From a candidate division TA06 bacterium (lineage in GTDB: Bacteria; Hydrothermota; 32-111; QNBC01), in the NCBI GenBank assembly GCA_003641665.1, contig QNBC01000002.1, positions 1 to 36,077 on the forward strand: DNA of 36,077 bases. The letters run 5' to 3'. The notes beneath the pieces were generated by a model that did no database searches, had not been told where the DNA came from, and saw nothing but the letters and a program-made list of their open reading frames with translations. Numbering within the stretch: position 1 is the stretch's first letter; the number at the start of each line of letters is the position of its first letter. Positions 34,134 to 36,077 of this stretch are shown here, in pieces. The position numbers were made by a program, and so were the translations under genes.

Positions 34134-35030
34134 ATGAAAAATATTGTTTTTGCCTTATTTTTTATTATTGGCTTTTGCTTTTTTATTTTTGCAAGCGGAA
34201 GAACTAATAATAATATCGATTCCATGGAAGGTATGGTTCTAATCCCCGGGGGGACATACCAAATGGGGATTGATAAAGAAGATATTAATGATATCATCAT
34301 TATGGGGAAACATGTACCGCATATGGATAGCACACACGCATATTGTTGGTTTGGAGATGAAATTCCGAGACATACTGTTAGAGTAGATTCTTTTTATATT
34401 GACAAATATGAGGTCACAAATAAAATATTTGCGGAATTCGTAAAAAAAACCGGTTACAGAGCGGAAGGTAACTGGCAAAAATATGCAACACGGGAAAGAA
34501 TGAATCAACCAGTTGTAAATGTAACATGGAATGATGCAAATGCCTTTGCAAAATGGGCAGGAAAACGTTTACCAACGGAAGAAGAATGGGAGTATGCGGC
34601 AAAGGGTGGTAAATATTATAAATGGTTTTCCTGGGGGAATAAACCCGATTCCAGCAAAGCAAATTACAGGTATAAAGGAGAATCGATTATTGACGGCATT
34701 AGAAAAATATTAAAACTAAGGAAAATGGGGACCACTCCGGTAGGGAGTTACCCCCCAAACGGTTTTGGGCTTTTTGATATGTGCGGAAATGTAAGCGAAT
34801 GGTGTTCAAACGACAGATTCCCATATGACAATTCAAAGGAGAACAAATCCTTTTACAAGCACTATGGCTGTTTTGAAAAAGACGGTAAAACGATTTATGG
34901 TAAAACCGTACGTGGTGGCAACTGGGAGTCACCAAATCCTGTTTTTGTGAGGATAAGCAACAGAAGAGGTTTTAATCCCCGCTATTCGAGTACATGGTTA
35001 GGTTTCAGATGTGCAAAATCACTGAAGTGA
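34134..35030 (+). CDS. Secreted formylglycine-generating-enzyme (FGE/SUMF1) family protein.
   Basis: After a signal peptide it has the family blocks MVLIPGGTYQMG, FYIDKYEVTN, PVVNVTWNDANAFAKWAGKRLPTEEEWEYAAKGG, GLFDMCGNVSEWC, VRGGNW and LGFRCA. Confidence 0.85.
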   Translation: MKNIVFALFFIIGFCFFIFASGRTNNNIDSMEGMVLIPGGTYQMGIDKEDINDIIIMGKHVPHMDSTHAYCWFGDEIPRHTVRVDSFYIDKYEVTNKIFAEFVKKTGYRAEGNWQKYATRERMNQPVVNVTWNDANAFAKWAGKRLPTEEEWEYAAKGGKYYKWFSWGNKPDSSKANYRYKGESIIDGIRKILKLRKMGTTPVGSYPPNGFGLFDMCGNVSEWCSNDRFPYDNSKENKSFYKHYGCFEKDGKTIYGKTVRGGNWESPNPVFVRISNRRGFNPRYSSTWLGFRCAKSLK

Positions 35031-35114
35031 ATAACTATACCGTTCTCCCATAGCGGTGATTATAGACTATATTTTATACGTTTCCAATTTTGTTTTAAAA
35101 ATTAGAAATTTTAC

Positions 35115-35143
35115 TTGACATTATTCAAATTTTGTAGTAGATT
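35115..35143 (+). promoter_or_regulatory. Sigma70-type promoter of rho.
   Basis: TTGACA (35115-35120), a 17-nt spacer, TAGATT (35138-35143). The leader to the ATG at 35182 is about 32 nt and has no obvious Shine-Dalgarno sequence. Confidence 0.45.
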
Positions 35144-35181
35144 TACTCTGTTCATTAACCTTAAACCATTTTTTATATTTT

Positions 35182-36077
35182 ATGAATTTAATTGAACTCA
35201 AAGCAAAACCCATTAAAGAGTTATACGAAATTGCAAAATCACTCAAAATAGCCGATTACAGCGAATTATCTCGCCAGGATCTTATTCTTAAGATTTTGGA
35301 AGCTGAAAAGGAAACCGGCGAACCGTTTTACGGTGGTGGTGTACTGGATGTTATCCAAGATGGATACGGTTTTTTAAGATCATCGATTTACAGTTATTAT
35401 CCCAGCAATGACGATATCTATGTTTCATCATCTCAAATCAAAAAATTTGGACTTAAAACCGGTGATATTATTTACGGGCAAATACGCCCCCCAAAGGACA
35501 ATGAAAAGTATTATGCCATGTTGAAAATCGATGAGATAAACTACAATTCACCGGAAAAAATCCATGATAGAATAATGTTTGATAACCTTACACCTCTCTA
35601 CCCCACGGAGCGGATAAAACTTGAAACTACGAGAGAAGATGTGACCACAAGAATAATTGACCTTTTAACCCCCATTGGCAAAGGTCAAAGAGCTCTGATA
35701 ACTTCTCCCCCACGGGCAGGGAAAACCGTTATTCTTCAAAAAATCGCAAATAGCATAACAAAAAATCATCCTGAAATAATCGTCATTGTGCTACTTATCG
35801 ATGAACGTCCCGAAGAAGTTACAGATATGGAACGTTCCGTACAGGCTGAAGTTGTAAGTTCTACTTTTGATGAACCTCCGGAGAGACACGTTGCAGTTGC
35901 AAGACTTGTTATCGAAAAGGCAAAACGACTTGTTGAAGCCAAAAGAGATGTTGTAATTCTTCTTGATAGTATCACAAGACTTGCAAGAGCTCATAATGTT
36001 GTTATTCCTCACAGCGGAAAAACTCTTTCAGGAGGAATTGACTCCAATGCACTTCACAAACCGAAGAGATTTTTCGG
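35182..36077 (+). CDS. rho: Transcription termination factor Rho, 5' partial, running off the window end.
   Basis: My own translation gives [42 protein letters not shown] (Rho N-terminal domain), [14 protein letters not shown] (cold-shock-like RNA-binding domain), Walker [19 protein letters not shown] and [14 protein letters not shown]. It is not in the ORF track because no stop is reached. Confidence 0.93.
   Translation, partial: MNLIELKAKPIKELYEIAKSLKIADYSELSRQDLILKILEAEKETGEPFYGGGVLDVIQDGYGFLRSSIYSYYPSNDDIYVSSSQIKKFGLKTGDIIYGQIRPPKDNEKYYAMLKIDEINYNSPEKIHDRIMFDNLTPLYPTERIKLETTREDVTTRIIDLLTPIGKGQRALITSPPRAGKTVILQKIANSITKNHPEIIVIVLLIDERPEEVTDMERSVQAEVVSSTFDEPPERHVAVARLVIEKAKRLVEAKRDVVILLDSITRLARAHNVVIPHSGKTLSGGIDSNALHKPKRFF

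Noticed and set aside
35766-36012. Two minus-strand ORFs at the window end (35766..35975 and 35791..36012).
   Set aside because: Both are antisense to the clearly recognisable rho coding sequence.
1-36077. A search of both strands for CRISPR repeats, tRNA, rRNA or tmRNA genes, IS elements or inverted terminal repeats, integrases, phage genes, toxin-antitoxin pairs and defence-system genes.
   Set aside because: None was found. Intergenic space is minimal and is accounted for by promoters, terminators and one riboswitch. radC here is the full-length housekeeping form, not a mobile-element fragment.

Overview
This is an AT-rich, very gene-dense bacterial chromosomal segment in which most gaps are 0-15 nt or the genes overlap. 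By inference it comes from an anaerobic fermenter of a lineage that uses type IX secretion, because an exported peptidase carries a T9SS-type C-terminal sorting domain. I see about 30 protein genes in roughly seven transcription units.

(1) A minus-strand array at 117-10198 encodes a secreted hypothetical protein, an M1 aminopeptidase, a CDF metal exporter, a CCA/poly(A) nucleotidyltransferase, two tandem acyl-CoA synthetases, an LptE-like lipoprotein and an RlmD-like methyltransferase interrupted by one in-frame TAA.

(2) A 9.7-kb plus-strand operon at 10331-20092 encodes a frameshifted COG2403 P-loop protein, carbamate kinase, Ndk, acetate kinase, NuoE-like and NuoF-like proteins, and a 1170-aa 2Fe2S/GltD/NuoG-FdhA-like fusion.

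(3) tetR and radC lie on the minus strand.

(4) natA-like and natB-like ABC genes plus an extended SDR sugar-nucleotide enzyme lie on the plus strand.

(5) A minus-strand housekeeping array encodes nrdR, purC, an IMPase, a rhomboid, a TIGR01212 radical SAM protein and rlmH.

(6) A cobalamin riboswitch with its own terminator precedes a TonB-dependent receptor.

(7) clpB, a secreted FGE/SUMF1-family protein, and the 5' part of rho follow. rho runs off the window and is absent from the ORF track.

I found no rRNA or tRNA genes, CRISPR arrays, transposases, integrases, phage genes or recognisable defence or toxin-antitoxin genes. This is core rather than accessory DNA.

The best candidate for an under-described system is the operon that ties three ATP/NTP-forming kinases to a NuoEF-type flavin module and the giant redox fusion. 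In that fusion a GltD-type NAD(P)H module sits inside a NuoG/FdhA-like iron-sulfur scaffold, and its molybdopterin-type domain looks truncated and degenerate.

Secondary points are two isolated gene disruptions, two or three apparently leaderless first genes, a CDF exporter with a duplicated cytoplasmic domain, and a 250-bp non-coding gap with a palindrome at the tetR start.

All family calls are by-eye motif recognition. No searches were run.
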